A model generated the notes under the pieces. That model was not told where the DNA came from. It searched no databases and saw only the letters and a list, made by a program, of their open reading frames with translations. Source: an uncultured Actinomycetes bacterium (lineage in GTDB: Bacteria; Actinomycetota; Actinomycetes; UBA12327). From it: a DNA stretch of 58,622 nucleotides. The stretch's first letter is position 1. Each line of letters opens with the position of its first letter. Below are positions 19,522 to 30,370 of this stretch, in pieces. The translations under genes and the position numbers were made by a program. The stretch is taken from assembly GCA_903920865.1 (NCBI GenBank), contig CAIXNN010000060.1, forward strand, positions 1 to 58,622, read 5' to 3'.

Positions 19522-22500
19522 GTGAAGCAGCTGAACTCACGCTCGCTAGGCCTGCTTGGGCTCATTTGTGTCCTCGGCTACATCGCCACATTGGGTCGTC
19601 CCTCCTCCTTCGCCTTCACCGCCTTGATCGCCGTGGCATCGATAGCGGCTATTCCGCTGGGAATTGTGCGATTCAAGCCCGCCCACCCTGGTGCCTGGTG
19701 GTTGATATTTATCGGGATGCTTTCGCATGCAATCGCTGGAATTTTGTGGGCTACCACCTCGGTTGCGGTGTACTCCAACGGAACAGCGAGCTTCCCTAAC
19801 CTCTTCCACGTCATCGGTTACATCTTCCTTGGCGCTGGGGCACTCTTGCTACTTGGTCGTCGACGTTTTCAAGAAGATCCAGCCGAAGCGCTCGATACCT
19901 TGATCATTGTCACAGCCGTCGGTGTCGCCAGCTGGGGATTGATCTTGCATCCGCTTGCAAGCAACATCGCTCTTGATGGTGGCATCACTGCACTGATCAC
20001 GATGTATCCCTTGATTGCGCTAGCAACAGTTGGTTGCTCAGCTCAACTGTGGTTTGCCAGCAGTGGCACAAAGAATGCATCCATGCGTTTGGTTGTCGCA
20101 GCCCTAAGCACTCTGGTCATCGCCAACATTTTCCAAAGCGCACAGGTCCTAGCTGATGGTCAAACCTGGAGTGGTGGCTACTCCGTCGCGCTTCGGATGC
20201 CGTTCTACTTCCTTCTTGGTATGGCAGCCCTTCACCCGTCCATGGCTACTACCAATATCGCTAGCACACCCAACCAGCCCACCCCCTGGTGGCGATTTGC
20301 TCTCTTGACCACCTTGGCCGGATTTGCGCCACTGAGCGTTGTTGTCTCGGACTCGCTGCTGTCTCGCCCGACCGAGTATCGCGGCCTATTTATCGGAACT
20401 TTCATTGTCTTTGCAACGGTGATTTTGCGTTTGAGTTTCCTTGGCCGCAATCTCAATCAAACTGCATCGCGGGCGCGTACCCTCAACGCTGCCAGCAACA
20501 ATTTAGTGCAGGCCTTGACAATCCAACAGATTCACAAAGTGGCACACCTAGCTGTAGCGGAAATCCTTCACGAAAATCAAACGTTGGTGTGGCTGATTAA
20601 TGAGCCGACCCTGTTTACCGGTCAGAACAACAATTCTGAAGGCGAAGCCCGCACGCTTCGGGTCTTGAAGACAACGGATGCGCTGCCACAGAGCTTGGGT
20701 GTTTCTGGCCAATCCTTCTTTGGCGTTTTCCTGCTGCCAACTACGGTGGCCGAAGTAACGCAGATGGCCGTGTCATCGATTCATACGCCCTCACGTGCTG
20801 CCCGCACCACCCTGATGCAACTCGCGGACAACGTTGCACACGCATTAGACCGAGTGCGCCATGCAGAATTGGCCGCAGACAATGAAAGTTCAGAGCGCTT
20901 GCAACGATTGCTCCATGACGCATCCGATGTGATTGCAGTTTTGGACTCTGACTTACACATCTCCTACGTCACTCCTGCAGTTTCGCGGCTCATCGGGCCT
21001 ACCGCGGACAGTTTGCAAGGATCAAACTGGCTTGATCTGGTTCACCCGCAGGATCAATCCCTGGTTGAGCGCACCATTCGACACAGCCATGATTCACGCA
21101 CCTCACGAACCGAAGTGCGGCTAGTCACCGACAGCGGCGAAGAACGATTTGTCGAAATGTCCGCAACCCGTTTTGAGGACGAGACCGGAACCGGGTTCAC
21201 CGTGTCCTGTCACGACTACACCCGTCGCTATGAACTCGAGCAACAACTCAAGCACCAGGCTTTCCATGATGCGCTGACTGGACTTGCCAATCGGAGTTTG
21301 CTCCAAGAGCGACTGCGTCAGGCAATCGATCACAGCCGTCGCACAAATAAAGACTTCGCCGTAATGTTCATCGACCTTGATGACTTCAAAAACGTCAACG
21401 ACAGCCTCGGCCACGCCGTCGGTGACTCGCTATTGCGATCAGTTGCCCGACGGTTGCGCGCAACCCTGCGAACCATTGACACGCCAGCTCGTTTAGGTGG
21501 CGACGAATTTGCTGTTTTGCTTGAAGAGGTCGATGACCGCCTTGAAGTCGAGCGAGTGGCAGCTCGTGTTGTTGATGCCCTTGCCCAACCTGTACGCATT
21601 GGTGGCTCGGAACTCCTTGTCGCTGCCAGTGTTGGCGTGGCCTACGGCAATGGCTCGTCAAAGGACATCGAAGACATCATGCGAAATGCTGACTTGGCCC
21701 TTTACGAAGCAAAGGGAAGCGGGAAGAACCGTTACGCAATCTTTGAACCGCAGATGCACGAATTCGCAGTCACAAAAATGGAGCTAACCGCTGATATGCG
21801 TCGCGGCATCGCGCGTAATGAATTCACCGTGCATTTCCAGCCATTGGTGAACCTGGTCAATGACCAGATCATCGGCGTTGAAGCCCTGGCGCGTTGGAAT
21901 CACCCGACTAAGGGCATTCTCGCGCCGGCACACTTTGTCTCATTGGCTGAAGAAACCGGATTAATCATTCCGCTGGGACGAGAAATCTTGGAAAGTGCAC
22001 TCATCGAAGCTGGACGCTGGCAAGAAATGCTCGGAAGCGACCTGTTGGTCTCGGTTAACCTCAGCGGACGACAACTGATGGACTCGTGCATCGTCGATGA
22101 TGTCAAGTTTGCTTTGTCCGTAAGCGGTGTACCGGCACAAAACCTTGTCCTGGAGATTACTGAAAGCGTCTTGTTGCCCGGCGAAAGCATCATGGCCGAT
22201 CGCCTGCGAGAACTGGCTGAACTTGGAGTTCGCCTCTACATCGACGACTTTGGAACCGGGTATTCCTCTTTAAGCTACCTTCGTCAGCTTCCAGTCAAGG
22301 GCATCAAATTGGCTCGCGAATTTGTTGCTACCCTTCCCGGTCAGGCAAACGAGCAAGCCCTGGTGCGCGCAATCTACGAATTGGCCCAAACGCTGAACCT
22401 TGATGAGGTGGTTGCTGAAGGTATTGAAACTGACGAGCAAAGGCAAGCTCTTGTTGATCTCGGTTTCACTATTGGCCAGGGCTACCTCTTAGCGCGGCCG

Positions 22501-22563
22501 GCAAGTGCAGAGCGCACGAACGAGTTGATCGCCCTGCAAATTCAATCCCTGTTACGGACTTAG
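19522..22563 (+). CDS. Membrane-bound PAS-GGDEF-EAL diguanylate cyclase/phosphodiesterase
   Basis: About 10 N-terminal TM helices and a PAS domain (LVHPQD). Motifs HDALTGLANR, DLDDFKNVNDSLGH, RTID-x5-GGDEF, EALARW, EITE, DDFGTGYSS, AEGIE and QGY. GTG 19522 follows GAGGAGG. Confidence 0.95.
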   Translation: MKQLNSRSLGLLGLICVLGYIATLGRPSSFAFTALIAVASIAAIPLGIVRFKPAHPGAWWLIFIGMLSHAIAGILWATTSVAVYSNGTASFPNLFHVIGYIFLGAGALLLLGRRRFQEDPAEALDTLIIVTAVGVASWGLILHPLASNIALDGGITALITMYPLIALATVGCSAQLWFASSGTKNASMRLVVAALSTLVIANIFQSAQVLADGQTWSGGYSVALRMPFYFLLGMAALHPSMATTNIASTPNQPTPWWRFALLTTLAGFAPLSVVVSDSLLSRPTEYRGLFIGTFIVFATVILRLSFLGRNLNQTASRARTLNAASNNLVQALTIQQIHKVAHLAVAEILHENQTLVWLINEPTLFTGQNNNSEGEARTLRVLKTTDALPQSLGVSGQSFFGVFLLPTTVAEVTQMAVSSIHTPSRAARTTLMQLADNVAHALDRVRHAELAADNESSERLQRLLHDASDVIAVLDSDLHISYVTPAVSRLIGPTADSLQGSNWLDLVHPQDQSLVERTIRHSHDSRTSRTEVRLVTDSGEERFVEMSATRFEDETGTGFTVSCHDYTRRYELEQQLKHQAFHDALTGLANRSLLQERLRQAIDHSRRTNKDFAVMFIDLDDFKNVNDSLGHAVGDSLLRSVARRLRATLRTIDTPARLGGDEFAVLLEEVDDRLEVERVAARVVDALAQPVRIGGSELLVAASVGVAYGNGSSKDIEDIMRNADLALYEAKGSGKNRYAIFEPQMHEFAVTKMELTADMRRGIARNEFTVHFQPLVNLVNDQIIGVEALARWNHPTKGILAPAHFVSLAEETGLIIPLGREILESALIEAGRWQEMLGSDLLVSVNLSGRQLMDSCIVDDVKFALSVSGVPAQNLVLEITESVLLPGESIMADRLRELAELGVRLYIDDFGTGYSSLSYLRQLPVKGIKLAREFVATLPGQANEQALVRAIYELAQTLNLDEVVAEGIETDEQRQALVDLGFTIGQGYLLARPASAERTNELIALQIQSLLRT

Positions 22564-22740
22564 ATCAGACTCAGTTCGCTCATCGGGTTCGTCAAAATTG
22601 TCCGGCAAACGCTTGATCCGCATATTCATATTGCGCAACAGCAGGATTGTGACAATGGCAATGGCGGTGAAGATTGTCCCGCCGAACCAACCAAGCCCTG
22701 GGCCGGTGTAGTTCTCTAGGATTCCATCAGCCAGATTCAT
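22552..22740 (-). CDS. Small conserved membrane protein (Rv1083-like)
   Basis: GPG + TM helix + LLRNMNMRIKRLP pattern typical of the small gene next to mca/DUF4307. Confidence 0.65.
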   Translation of the reverse strand: MNLADGILENYTGPGLGWFGGTIFTAIAIVTILLLRNMNMRIKRLPDNFDEPDERTESDLSP

Positions 22741-22820
22741 CGTGAGCCTGCTTTCTGATCCCGTACTGTTTGGTATCTACACTCTAGGACAGTGAGCACT
22801 TGTGAGCCCAATGAGCACGC

Positions 22821-23216
22821 ATGAGCAGTGAGCCGTTTCCACGCCCAGCCGATCGCTATGGCGATAAGGGCAAAAACCCATGGGCCCAGGTCATAACTGC
22901 GCTCTTGGCTGTGAGCTTTGTTGCTGTGATCATTGCGGTGGGCTGGCATCTTTCAACGCCGGCATTTTCCACTGAATTTCGTGCCTACCGCATTATCGAT
23001 GACCGCACAGTTGAGATCGAATACATCGTGCGCACCAGAAATCCCAATGACACGGTCACCTGCATCGTGCGGGCCCGTGACAAGCAAAGTAACGAAATCG
23101 GCAGGACCACCAAGACCAGTTCGCCGGGTCAATCCGTCCAAGACATTACGGTGCGGCTGCGCACCGTTGTGCGAGCAAACCTTGGTGAAATCCAAAACTG
23201 CCAGCTGACCCGCTAA
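22821..23216 (+). CDS. DUF4307-domain protein
   Basis: RPADRYG, TM helix, CIVRARD....EIGR and a C-terminal Cys; immediately upstream of greA. Confidence 0.85.
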   Translation: MSSEPFPRPADRYGDKGKNPWAQVITALLAVSFVAVIIAVGWHLSTPAFSTEFRAYRIIDDRTVEIEYIVRTRNPNDTVTCIVRARDKQSNEIGRTTKTSSPGQSVQDITVRLRTVVRANLGEIQNCQLTR

Positions 23217-23271
23217 CCTATTTCCACCAATAGTTAGTTCGGCGCCAAGTCAATCGCTCAGGAGGAACCTC

Positions 23272-23757
23272 GTGGACCCGGAACCGTTGTGGCTCACGCA
23301 AGAGGCTTTTGATCGCCTTCAAGCTGAATATGACGATCGCACTGGTGAACTGCGAGCGAAAATCACCGGACGCATTGAGGCTGCCCGCGAAGAGGGCGAC
23401 CTCAAGGAAAACGGTGGCTACCACGCAGCCAAGGAAGAACAGGGAAAGAACGAAGCCCGTATCCGGCAGCTGCGACAGATGCTTGAAAATGCCCAGGTCG
23501 GCACCCCTGAACACAATGGAACCGTTCAAGCAGGAACCTTGGTGACCATTCGATTTGCCGGGGACAGCGAAACAGAAACATTTCTCCTGGGCTCACGGGA
23601 AGAATCAGCTCATACTTCCGTTGACGTCTACTCCGTAAAGTCCCCGCTTGGGGCTTCAGTTCTCGGGCTCAGCGTTGGCGACTGTGGAACATTCACCGCG
23701 CCTAACGGAAAAGAAATTGCCGTTGACGTGGTGGCCGTTGAGCCCTACCAGAGCTAA
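23272..23757 (+). CDS. greA: Transcription elongation factor GreA
   Basis: WLTQEA...AREEGDLKENGGYHAAK, SPLG; SD AGGAGG. Confidence 0.97.
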   Translation: MDPEPLWLTQEAFDRLQAEYDDRTGELRAKITGRIEAAREEGDLKENGGYHAAKEEQGKNEARIRQLRQMLENAQVGTPEHNGTVQAGTLVTIRFAGDSETETFLLGSREESAHTSVDVYSVKSPLGASVLGLSVGDCGTFTAPNGKEIAVDVVAVEPYQS

Positions 23758-23761
23758 GAGG

Positions 23762-24592
23762 CTACCGAGAAATCGAATTGCGATATTTGCGCACGGCAAG
23801 AGGCACAAAGATCAACAAGATCAACAAACACGACAGCATCGTGTACACAATGGGTGACTGCTGAGGAAAGCCGCCGACAATCTTTCCGGTGGGATTGCCA
23901 AATAATTCTCGTTGGGCCAAGACAACGCTTGAGAGTGGATTCCACTCGGCAAAGGGCTTGAGCCAACTCGGAAAGGTATCTAAGGGCACAAAAGCATTCG
24001 ACAAAAATGTCAGCGGGAAGAGCCAAATAAGTCCAGCCGTGTTGGCTACCTGCGCATTGGGCATATACAGACCAACCCAAGCCGCAATCCAACTCAGCGC
24101 GAAACCAAAGAAGAGCAACAGGGCAAATGCCGCGATTGCTTTAGGCAACCCGTTATGGATAGTCCAGCCAACAGCCAAGCCGGTAATGATCAGAGCAGCT
24201 AAGGTCAACATGCCGCGGAAGACATCAGCGGTGGTACGCCCTAACACAACCGCGCTCGGTGCCATGGGCAAGGAACGAAATCTGTCCAAGATTCCCTTGG
24301 TGAGGTCCTCAGCCAGTCCCACGGTTGTATTCGCGCCATTGAAACCGATGGTTTGTGCAAAAATCCCGGCCATCAAAAACTCTCGATAGTTGCCGCCGGT
24401 TCCGCTAATTGCGCCACCGAAAACGAAGGCAAAAAGAAGGACGAAAATGACCGGTTGCACCAGTGAGAAGAACCAAGACTCCGGAACCCGAGTGATCTTT
24501 AACAGGTCACGCTTTGCAACGGCCCATCCGTCATGAAGGGCCCAACCATAAATGGGGCGGGAACGTTGAAGTGAAAGATCGGCTTGACTCAT
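23762..24592 (-). CDS. ABC-2 type exporter permease (DrrB-like)
   Basis: LVQPVIFVLLFAFVFGG, DRFRSLPM, FLSNAFVP and WNP motifs. Confidence 0.9.
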   Translation of the reverse strand: MSQADLSLQRSRPIYGWALHDGWAVAKRDLLKITRVPESWFFSLVQPVIFVLLFAFVFGGAISGTGGNYREFLMAGIFAQTIGFNGANTTVGLAEDLTKGILDRFRSLPMAPSAVVLGRTTADVFRGMLTLAALIITGLAVGWTIHNGLPKAIAAFALLLFFGFALSWIAAWVGLYMPNAQVANTAGLIWLFPLTFLSNAFVPLDTFPSWLKPFAEWNPLSSVVLAQRELFGNPTGKIVGGFPQQSPIVYTMLSCLLILLIFVPLAVRKYRNSISR

Positions 24593-25590
24593 GCGTTGCC
24601 CTTACGTCGTGACTTAGATGGAGAACTTGGAGAGCTTGTGGCGCCTTCGTCTTCGGCTGCGTGCCCAGTCAGAGATAGGAAGACGTCATCAAGAGTTGGC
24701 CGCCGCAGTGCAATGTCCTCGAGTTTGACCCCAGCTGCATCCAAGCTCCTCAATGCATCCAGCATTGTGCCCGTTCCACCGCTTACCGGGACCGTCACAC
24801 TTCGGCGATCACTATCGGATGTGGCCGCGCCGCTGGCTAGTAAGGCCAAAGCCTCCTGAGCGGCACCAAGTTGAGCAACGTCTTGGACAACGATTTCTAC
24901 TCGGTCTCCGCCAACTTGATCCTTGAGCTCATCAGCCGATCCTTCAGCAATGACTCGACCGTGGTCAATAACGACAATGTTGTTCGCTAGTTGATCGGCT
25001 TCATCAAGATATTGAGTCGTTAGCAAGACCGTCGCGCCATCGCGGACCAACTCTTCAATCACTGACCACAGTTCAAGCCGTGATCGTGGGTCAAGACCGG
25101 TCGTTGGTTCGTCTAAGAAAATGATCGACGGGCGAGCAACCAAACTTGCAGCAAGGTCCAAGCGTCTGCGCATTCCGCCTGAATAGGTATTCAATGGCCG
25201 ATCTGCTGCATCAACAAGGTCAAAGCGTTCTAATAATTCGCTGGCTCGCTTTTTAACAGCTTCTGGCCTTAAGTGATAGAGGGAGCCGACCATCTTTAAG
25301 TTTTCGCGCCCCGTGAGGTATTCATCAACGCCGGCGTACTGGCCGGTTAAACCAATAATGCGCCGAACTTGGTCGGGATGCTTACGAACATCGATGCCAC
25401 CAACCTCAGCAAAGCCAGCGTCAGCTCGCAGCAAAGTGGCAAAAATTCGAACAGCGGTTGTCTTTCCTGCGCCATTAGGGCCGAGTAGGCCAAGGACAGT
25501 TCCTTCAGGCACGGCTAGATCAATTCCATCCAGGGCAGTGACATCCCCGTACTTCTTCACTAAACCCTCAGCCCGAATTGCTTGCGTCAT
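24589..25590 (-). CDS. ABC exporter ATP-binding subunit (DrrA-like)
   Basis: GPNGAGKT, YSGGMRRR, LDEPTTGLD, TTQYLDEAD and PTLDDVF motifs. Confidence 0.92.
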   Translation of the reverse strand: MTQAIRAEGLVKKYGDVTALDGIDLAVPEGTVLGLLGPNGAGKTTAVRIFATLLRADAGFAEVGGIDVRKHPDQVRRIIGLTGQYAGVDEYLTGRENLKMVGSLYHLRPEAVKKRASELLERFDLVDAADRPLNTYSGGMRRRLDLAASLVARPSIIFLDEPTTGLDPRSRLELWSVIEELVRDGATVLLTTQYLDEADQLANNIVVIDHGRVIAEGSADELKDQVGGDRVEIVVQDVAQLGAAQEALALLASGAATSDSDRRSVTVPVSGGTGTMLDALRSLDAAGVKLEDIALRRPTLDDVFLSLTGHAAEDEGATSSPSSPSKSRRKGNA

Positions 25591-25669
25591 GCGCAGCCGG
25601 CCCTTCTGTGACATTTGTCCTGACCCCGGGCACTTGCCATCGGAGTTGCCATGACCCTATAATACTTGC

Positions 25670-26134
25670 ATGGCGCAAGCAACTTCTGGTGGGCAGGCAC
25701 AAATGGCCCCCAAGACTGACCAGGAAACCCTCGATTTTGCCGTTGCCCTCTTTGACGTGGTTCGGCTTACTCGGCGCACTCGTCACACCGATGCGATCGA
25801 GCCCGCTGGAGTGGCCGTACTGGCAACTGTGGAACGCCTTCGTCCAGCCCGTCCCAGCGATGTGGCCTGCGAACTTCACCTTGACCTTTCAACCATCAGT
25901 CGTCACCTGAGCAAGTTGGAAGAAGACGGATATCTGCAACGCACGGAAGATCCTGATGATCGCCGGGCCCGCCGAGTCGAGCCAACTCCCCATGGTCGGG
26001 AAGTGTTATTTGATGTATTGGCTAATCGCGCTGCCACGCTCAATGAAGCACTGACCCATTGGAGTGAGAACGATCGGCAGACGCTGACCAAACTCTTAAG
26101 CAATCTTGCGCGGGATTTGGAGGCGGCCCAATGA
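25670..26134 (+). CDS. MarR-family transcriptional regulator
   Basis: Winged HTH ([18 protein letters not shown]), DPDDRRA, T-x-x-G; ATG lies 6 nt after TATAAT. Confidence 0.92.
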   Translation: MAQATSGGQAQMAPKTDQETLDFAVALFDVVRLTRRTRHTDAIEPAGVAVLATVERLRPARPSDVACELHLDLSTISRHLSKLEEDGYLQRTEDPDDRRARRVEPTPHGREVLFDVLANRAATLNEALTHWSENDRQTLTKLLSNLARDLEAAQ

Positions 26135-27702
26135 GCGCACCCACAGTTCAAGAAACCTCCGCTGAGTATCCGCTGACGCACCGCCAGATCATGGTTGTTA
26201 TTGGCGGGTTGATGACGGCCACCATGCTCGGTGCGCTAGATCAAACCATTGTTGCCACAGCTTTGCCGACCATTGTTGGCGACTTGGGCAACATCAATCA
26301 GTTGCCCTGGGTTGTCACCGCGTACTTGCTTGCATCGACAGCTGCAACTGCGGTTTACGGTCCAATTTCCGACAGATACGGGCGCAAGCGCACCTACCAA
26401 TTCGCCATCTTGCTGTTCTTGTTTGGCTCAATTTTGTGTGGCTTGGCCCAGAACATGCCCCAATTGATCGGTGCCCGGCTGATTCAAGGCCTCGGTGGTG
26501 GCGGTTTGCTCACGATGGGTTTTGCGATCCTGGGTGATGTTGTTCCGCCACGTGAGCGCGGGCGGTATTCAGGATATTTCGGAGCGGTATTCGGGATTGC
26601 CAGCGTGATCGGACCCCTGGTGGGCGGCTTCTTTGTCCAGAGCCTGACCTGGCGCGGCATCTTCTACATCAACATTCCGCTGGGCTTTATTGCTTTCATC
26701 ACCATTAGCCGAGTGCTGAAGACCAACAACATGAGCGAGATCAAACACCGCATTGATCTACTCGGTGCCGGACTTTTAGTTTCCTGGACAGTGGTCCTAC
26801 TGATTTGGCTTGAGCGCGGGCGCATTTGGGGATGGACTTCCACTACATCAATTGGTGTCTTGACTTTGGCGCTTGTTTTGTTAGGCCTTTTTATCCGCCA
26901 CGAAGCCATCAGCGAAGAACCGATCCTGCCAACGCGTATCTTCAAGAATCGTGTCTTTACGGTTGCCGGCGTGTGTACTTTCTTTGGTGGCCTTGGGCTG
27001 TTTGGCGCGATCATCTACATGCCGGTTTACCTACAAATCGTTAAGGGTCAAAGCCCAACGATCGCCGGTTTACACATGCTTCCCATCATTACCGGCCTGC
27101 TGATCGGTTCCATCAGCTCGGGTCGATTGATCACCCGATGGGGACGCTACAAGATTTTCCCCGTCATGGGCTTTCTCATGGTCACCATCGCCATGTCAGT
27201 GCTTTCCCACATTGATGTCAACACAAGTGCCACGGTCTACAGCTTGGCCATGTTGCTCTTGGGCTACGGCTTTGGAAACACGACTCAGGTTCTTGTTTTG
27301 GCCGCCCAAAATGCCGTTGAGCGCAAAGACATCGGAGTGGCGACATCGACAGCAACCTTCATGCGACAAATGGGTGGCACCTTTGGAATTGCCGTCTTTG
27401 GTTCAATCCTGATCGGCACCTTGGCAACGAGTTTGGCTGCCTCGTTCCCCAATGGACCACCCCGCGGAATTACTCCAGATCGCTTAACGGGATCGCCAGC
27501 GGTTATTCAGGCACTACCCGTTGCTGCTAAGCAACCGGTTATCGACGCATTCGTGCACGCGATTCAAACAACGTTCACCTGGGCCATTCCATTGTTGATT
27601 GTTGCCTTTGTTCTTTCGCTGTTCTTAAAGGAAATCAAACTTGCCGGTCGCGACGATGTTGTCGTTGACGCTGGCCAAGACGCTCCCGCTATATCTGAAT
27701 AG
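26131..27702 (+). CDS. DHA2 (EmrB/QacA-type) MFS multidrug transporter
   Basis: [26 protein letters not shown] and GPLVGG motifs; about 14 TM helices; coupled to marR. Confidence 0.92.
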   Translation: MSAPTVQETSAEYPLTHRQIMVVIGGLMTATMLGALDQTIVATALPTIVGDLGNINQLPWVVTAYLLASTAATAVYGPISDRYGRKRTYQFAILLFLFGSILCGLAQNMPQLIGARLIQGLGGGGLLTMGFAILGDVVPPRERGRYSGYFGAVFGIASVIGPLVGGFFVQSLTWRGIFYINIPLGFIAFITISRVLKTNNMSEIKHRIDLLGAGLLVSWTVVLLIWLERGRIWGWTSTTSIGVLTLALVLLGLFIRHEAISEEPILPTRIFKNRVFTVAGVCTFFGGLGLFGAIIYMPVYLQIVKGQSPTIAGLHMLPIITGLLIGSISSGRLITRWGRYKIFPVMGFLMVTIAMSVLSHIDVNTSATVYSLAMLLLGYGFGNTTQVLVLAAQNAVERKDIGVATSTATFMRQMGGTFGIAVFGSILIGTLATSLAASFPNGPPRGITPDRLTGSPAVIQALPVAAKQPVIDAFVHAIQTTFTWAIPLLIVAFVLSLFLKEIKLAGRDDVVVDAGQDAPAISE

Positions 27703-28873
27703 CCGCCTGGTCATCTCCAAGGATGAGCATGGTTGTTGCAAAACCTAGTAAACGATTCCCGCCAGCGACCGGACCAACTGCGCCACGGGTGAGCATCGCG
27801 CCCACGCCAGCTACAGCAAGCCCCCGGCGAATACTCAACACATCTCCTTCTGAATCACCAGCTACGGGTCCACGCGGGGAACCGTAGAAAACCAATGCGC
27901 CACGCGAGAGGCTCGTGCCGGCAAGTTTGTCCACCACAGCGGCAATGTCATCACGGGCTGCATCTGGATCCATAACGTGCAATCGCACGGTTGAACCGAC
28001 GGTTAATGGATCGGCCACGTAAACCCGACCTGTTGCGCGATCGATTTCAAGCACAGGTTGAACAGCGAAATCACCAACCCCATGATCATCGGCATATTCA
28101 TCGAATACGCGCCCGACCAACAGTCCGGCCGAAGCAAGTGCTTGATCATGACCGGGAAGTTCGGCAATGACGCGGTCAATGGCTACTGCAGCGCTTTGTC
28201 CTGCAAGTTGGACCAACACATCATTGTCAGCCGCCGTTACGGTCATCGGTGGGCCGACCGGTCGGGTGGAGTGAGCAACAGCTGCATGAGCGTTAACGCT
28301 TCCGCCAAGAACCAATCCCACTGCGCCGCGATCAACGATGCGTCCATCCACCAACATCCGAACACTTCCCGGTGCCGGGCCACCAGCTAAACCGCCCAAC
28401 AAGGGTAAGTGATTGAGGGCCTGCACTGAACCATCAACAAATCCACCAGCGGGAAACGACCACGGGTCAGCCAACATCAATGCGCACCGATCATCATCAC
28501 GTCGTTGCGGCATTCCCACCACTGCTAATGAATCTTGGGTGCGGATGACTTCCAAATGAAAGCTTCGAAGTTTGACCTCGGGCAGGGATGCTGCCCACAC
28601 TGAAACAGCCGGTTCCCCACCAGCCGAATGTGTTCCGGCAATCACGCCATCAACAGTGCAACCAATGGTGGTTTTTGCGCCGATGACTTCACTGGCCTTG
28701 AGCAGTGCTCGTTCAGCATCATCGGGAGAGATCCCACCTGCGATGAAGATGGTGGCCAGATCAGGGGCTTGCCCGTCAAGTCCGTCAAGGGCCCGCTGGG
28801 CAGCGCGCTCTGCAGTATCGGCACTTTGTCCACCACGGGCCAGTCCATCAGAGCATAAAGTCATGTCGCTCAT
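27689..28873 (-). CDS. FIST N/C-domain signal-sensing protein
   Basis: [42 protein letters not shown] and VGSTVR motifs. The start may instead be ATG 28864. Confidence 0.8.
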   Translation of the reverse strand: MSDMTLCSDGLARGGQSADTAERAAQRALDGLDGQAPDLATIFIAGGISPDDAERALLKASEVIGAKTTIGCTVDGVIAGTHSAGGEPAVSVWAASLPEVKLRSFHLEVIRTQDSLAVVGMPQRRDDDRCALMLADPWSFPAGGFVDGSVQALNHLPLLGGLAGGPAPGSVRMLVDGRIVDRGAVGLVLGGSVNAHAAVAHSTRPVGPPMTVTAADNDVLVQLAGQSAAVAIDRVIAELPGHDQALASAGLLVGRVFDEYADDHGVGDFAVQPVLEIDRATGRVYVADPLTVGSTVRLHVMDPDAARDDIAAVVDKLAGTSLSRGALVFYGSPRGPVAGDSEGDVLSIRRGLAVAGVGAMLTRGAVGPVAGGNRLLGFATTMLILGDDQAAIQI

Positions 28874-28972
28874 TGTGGCGCTCTTTACCTGCCTTTGATT
28901 GTCGCCACGCGATGACAGGTTTTCTCAATTGACGAGAGTGCGAGAACCCCCTAATCGGCGTAGGTTTGGACT

Positions 28973-30370
28973 ATGACCTCTCCTATGCCGACCATGAAAA
29001 CCCTTGGTGAACTTCGTGCCAGTGGCCACGAACTTCGAAGTGTCAAAGACGAGCTCAGAACAAATCTGATCGCCGTCTTACAAAGCGGTCAGGATCCGTT
29101 TCCTGGCATGGTGGGTATAGACCAAACGGTGCGCCCGCAAATGGAACGAGCCCTGCTGGCCGGTCATGACCTCGTCCTGCTCGGAGAGCGCGGCCAAGGC
29201 AAAACCCGGTTGATCCGTAGCTTGACTGGGCTGCTGGACGAATGGACGCCGGTTATCGAAGGCAGCGAACTCAACGAGCACCCCTACGACCCGATCACAC
29301 CATGGACCAAAGCACGCGTTGCAGAACTTGGCGATGCCACCCCGATTGGTTGGTTGCACCGCGACGATCGCTATGGAGAAAAACTTGCCACGCCGGACAC
29401 CTCAGTCGGTGACCTAATTGGAGATGTGGACCCGATCAAAGTTGCCCAAGGACGCACTTTGGGCGACCCCGAAACGGTTCACTTCGGCTTAGTCCCCCGA
29501 ACAAACCGTGGCATCTTTGCCGTCAATGAACTCCCCGACCTTGCCGAGCGAATTCAGGTGGCCCTACTCAACGTCCTTGAGGAACGCGATATCCAGGTAC
29601 GTGGTTATCAGTTGCGACTGCCCCTTGACCTGCTTCTCGTGGCAAGTGCCAACCCTGAGGACTACACCAACCGCGGGAGAATCATCACACCGTTGAAGGA
29701 CCGCTTCGGGGCCGAGATTCGAACGCACTATCCCCTTGAGCTTGATCACGAGATTGAATTGATCCGGCAGGAAGCCGCGCTCCAGGCAATTGTTCCCCAA
29801 CACATCATTGAAACTGTGGCCAGGTTTACTCGGCTAGTTCGGCAATCGCCTGCCATTGATGCCCGTTCGGGAGTATCGGCTCGATTTGCAGTTGCGGCCG
29901 CTGAAGCCATCGCAGCATCTGCACTTCGTCGTTCGGCTATCACCGGCGAACAACCAGCCGTGGCACGAGTCAGCGACCTTGCTGGTGTCGTACCTAGCCT
30001 GCGGGGCAAGGTGGAATTTGAAGTCAGCGAAGAAGGCCGTGAAGAAGAACTACTCCAGCACCTGATGAGACGAGCAGTGGCTGAAACCTTCCGGTCCCAC
30101 CTAGCCGGCGTGGATTTGTCCGGCTTAGTGGAACAAATCAATCAAGACACCACGGTGGTCACGGGTGAATTAGTCACAGCCGCTGGACTGCTTGAAGATA
30201 TTGGAACCTTCAATGGCCTAGCCCGCATCGTTGCAGCTGTCGGCGATGACGGTGCTGAATCACCGGCCATGGCTGCTGCGGCTTTGGAGTTTGCTCTTGA
30301 AGGTTTGTATCTAACGCGCAAAATCTCTAAAGACGATCTTGGTGGCACCTCCATCTATGGTGCGGTCTAG
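28973..30370 (+). CDS. Mg-chelatase subunit I/MoxR-like AAA+ ATPase (Rv0958-like)
   Basis: GERGQGKT Walker A, KLATPD, NELPDL and ASANPEDYTNRGRIITPLKDRF motifs. Confidence 0.88.
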   Translation: MTSPMPTMKTLGELRASGHELRSVKDELRTNLIAVLQSGQDPFPGMVGIDQTVRPQMERALLAGHDLVLLGERGQGKTRLIRSLTGLLDEWTPVIEGSELNEHPYDPITPWTKARVAELGDATPIGWLHRDDRYGEKLATPDTSVGDLIGDVDPIKVAQGRTLGDPETVHFGLVPRTNRGIFAVNELPDLAERIQVALLNVLEERDIQVRGYQLRLPLDLLLVASANPEDYTNRGRIITPLKDRFGAEIRTHYPLELDHEIELIRQEAALQAIVPQHIIETVARFTRLVRQSPAIDARSGVSARFAVAAAEAIAASALRRSAITGEQPAVARVSDLAGVVPSLRGKVEFEVSEEGREEELLQHLMRRAVAETFRSHLAGVDLSGLVEQINQDTTVVTGELVTAAGLLEDIGTFNGLARIVAAVGDDGAESPAMAAAALEFALEGLYLTRKISKDDLGGTSIYGAV

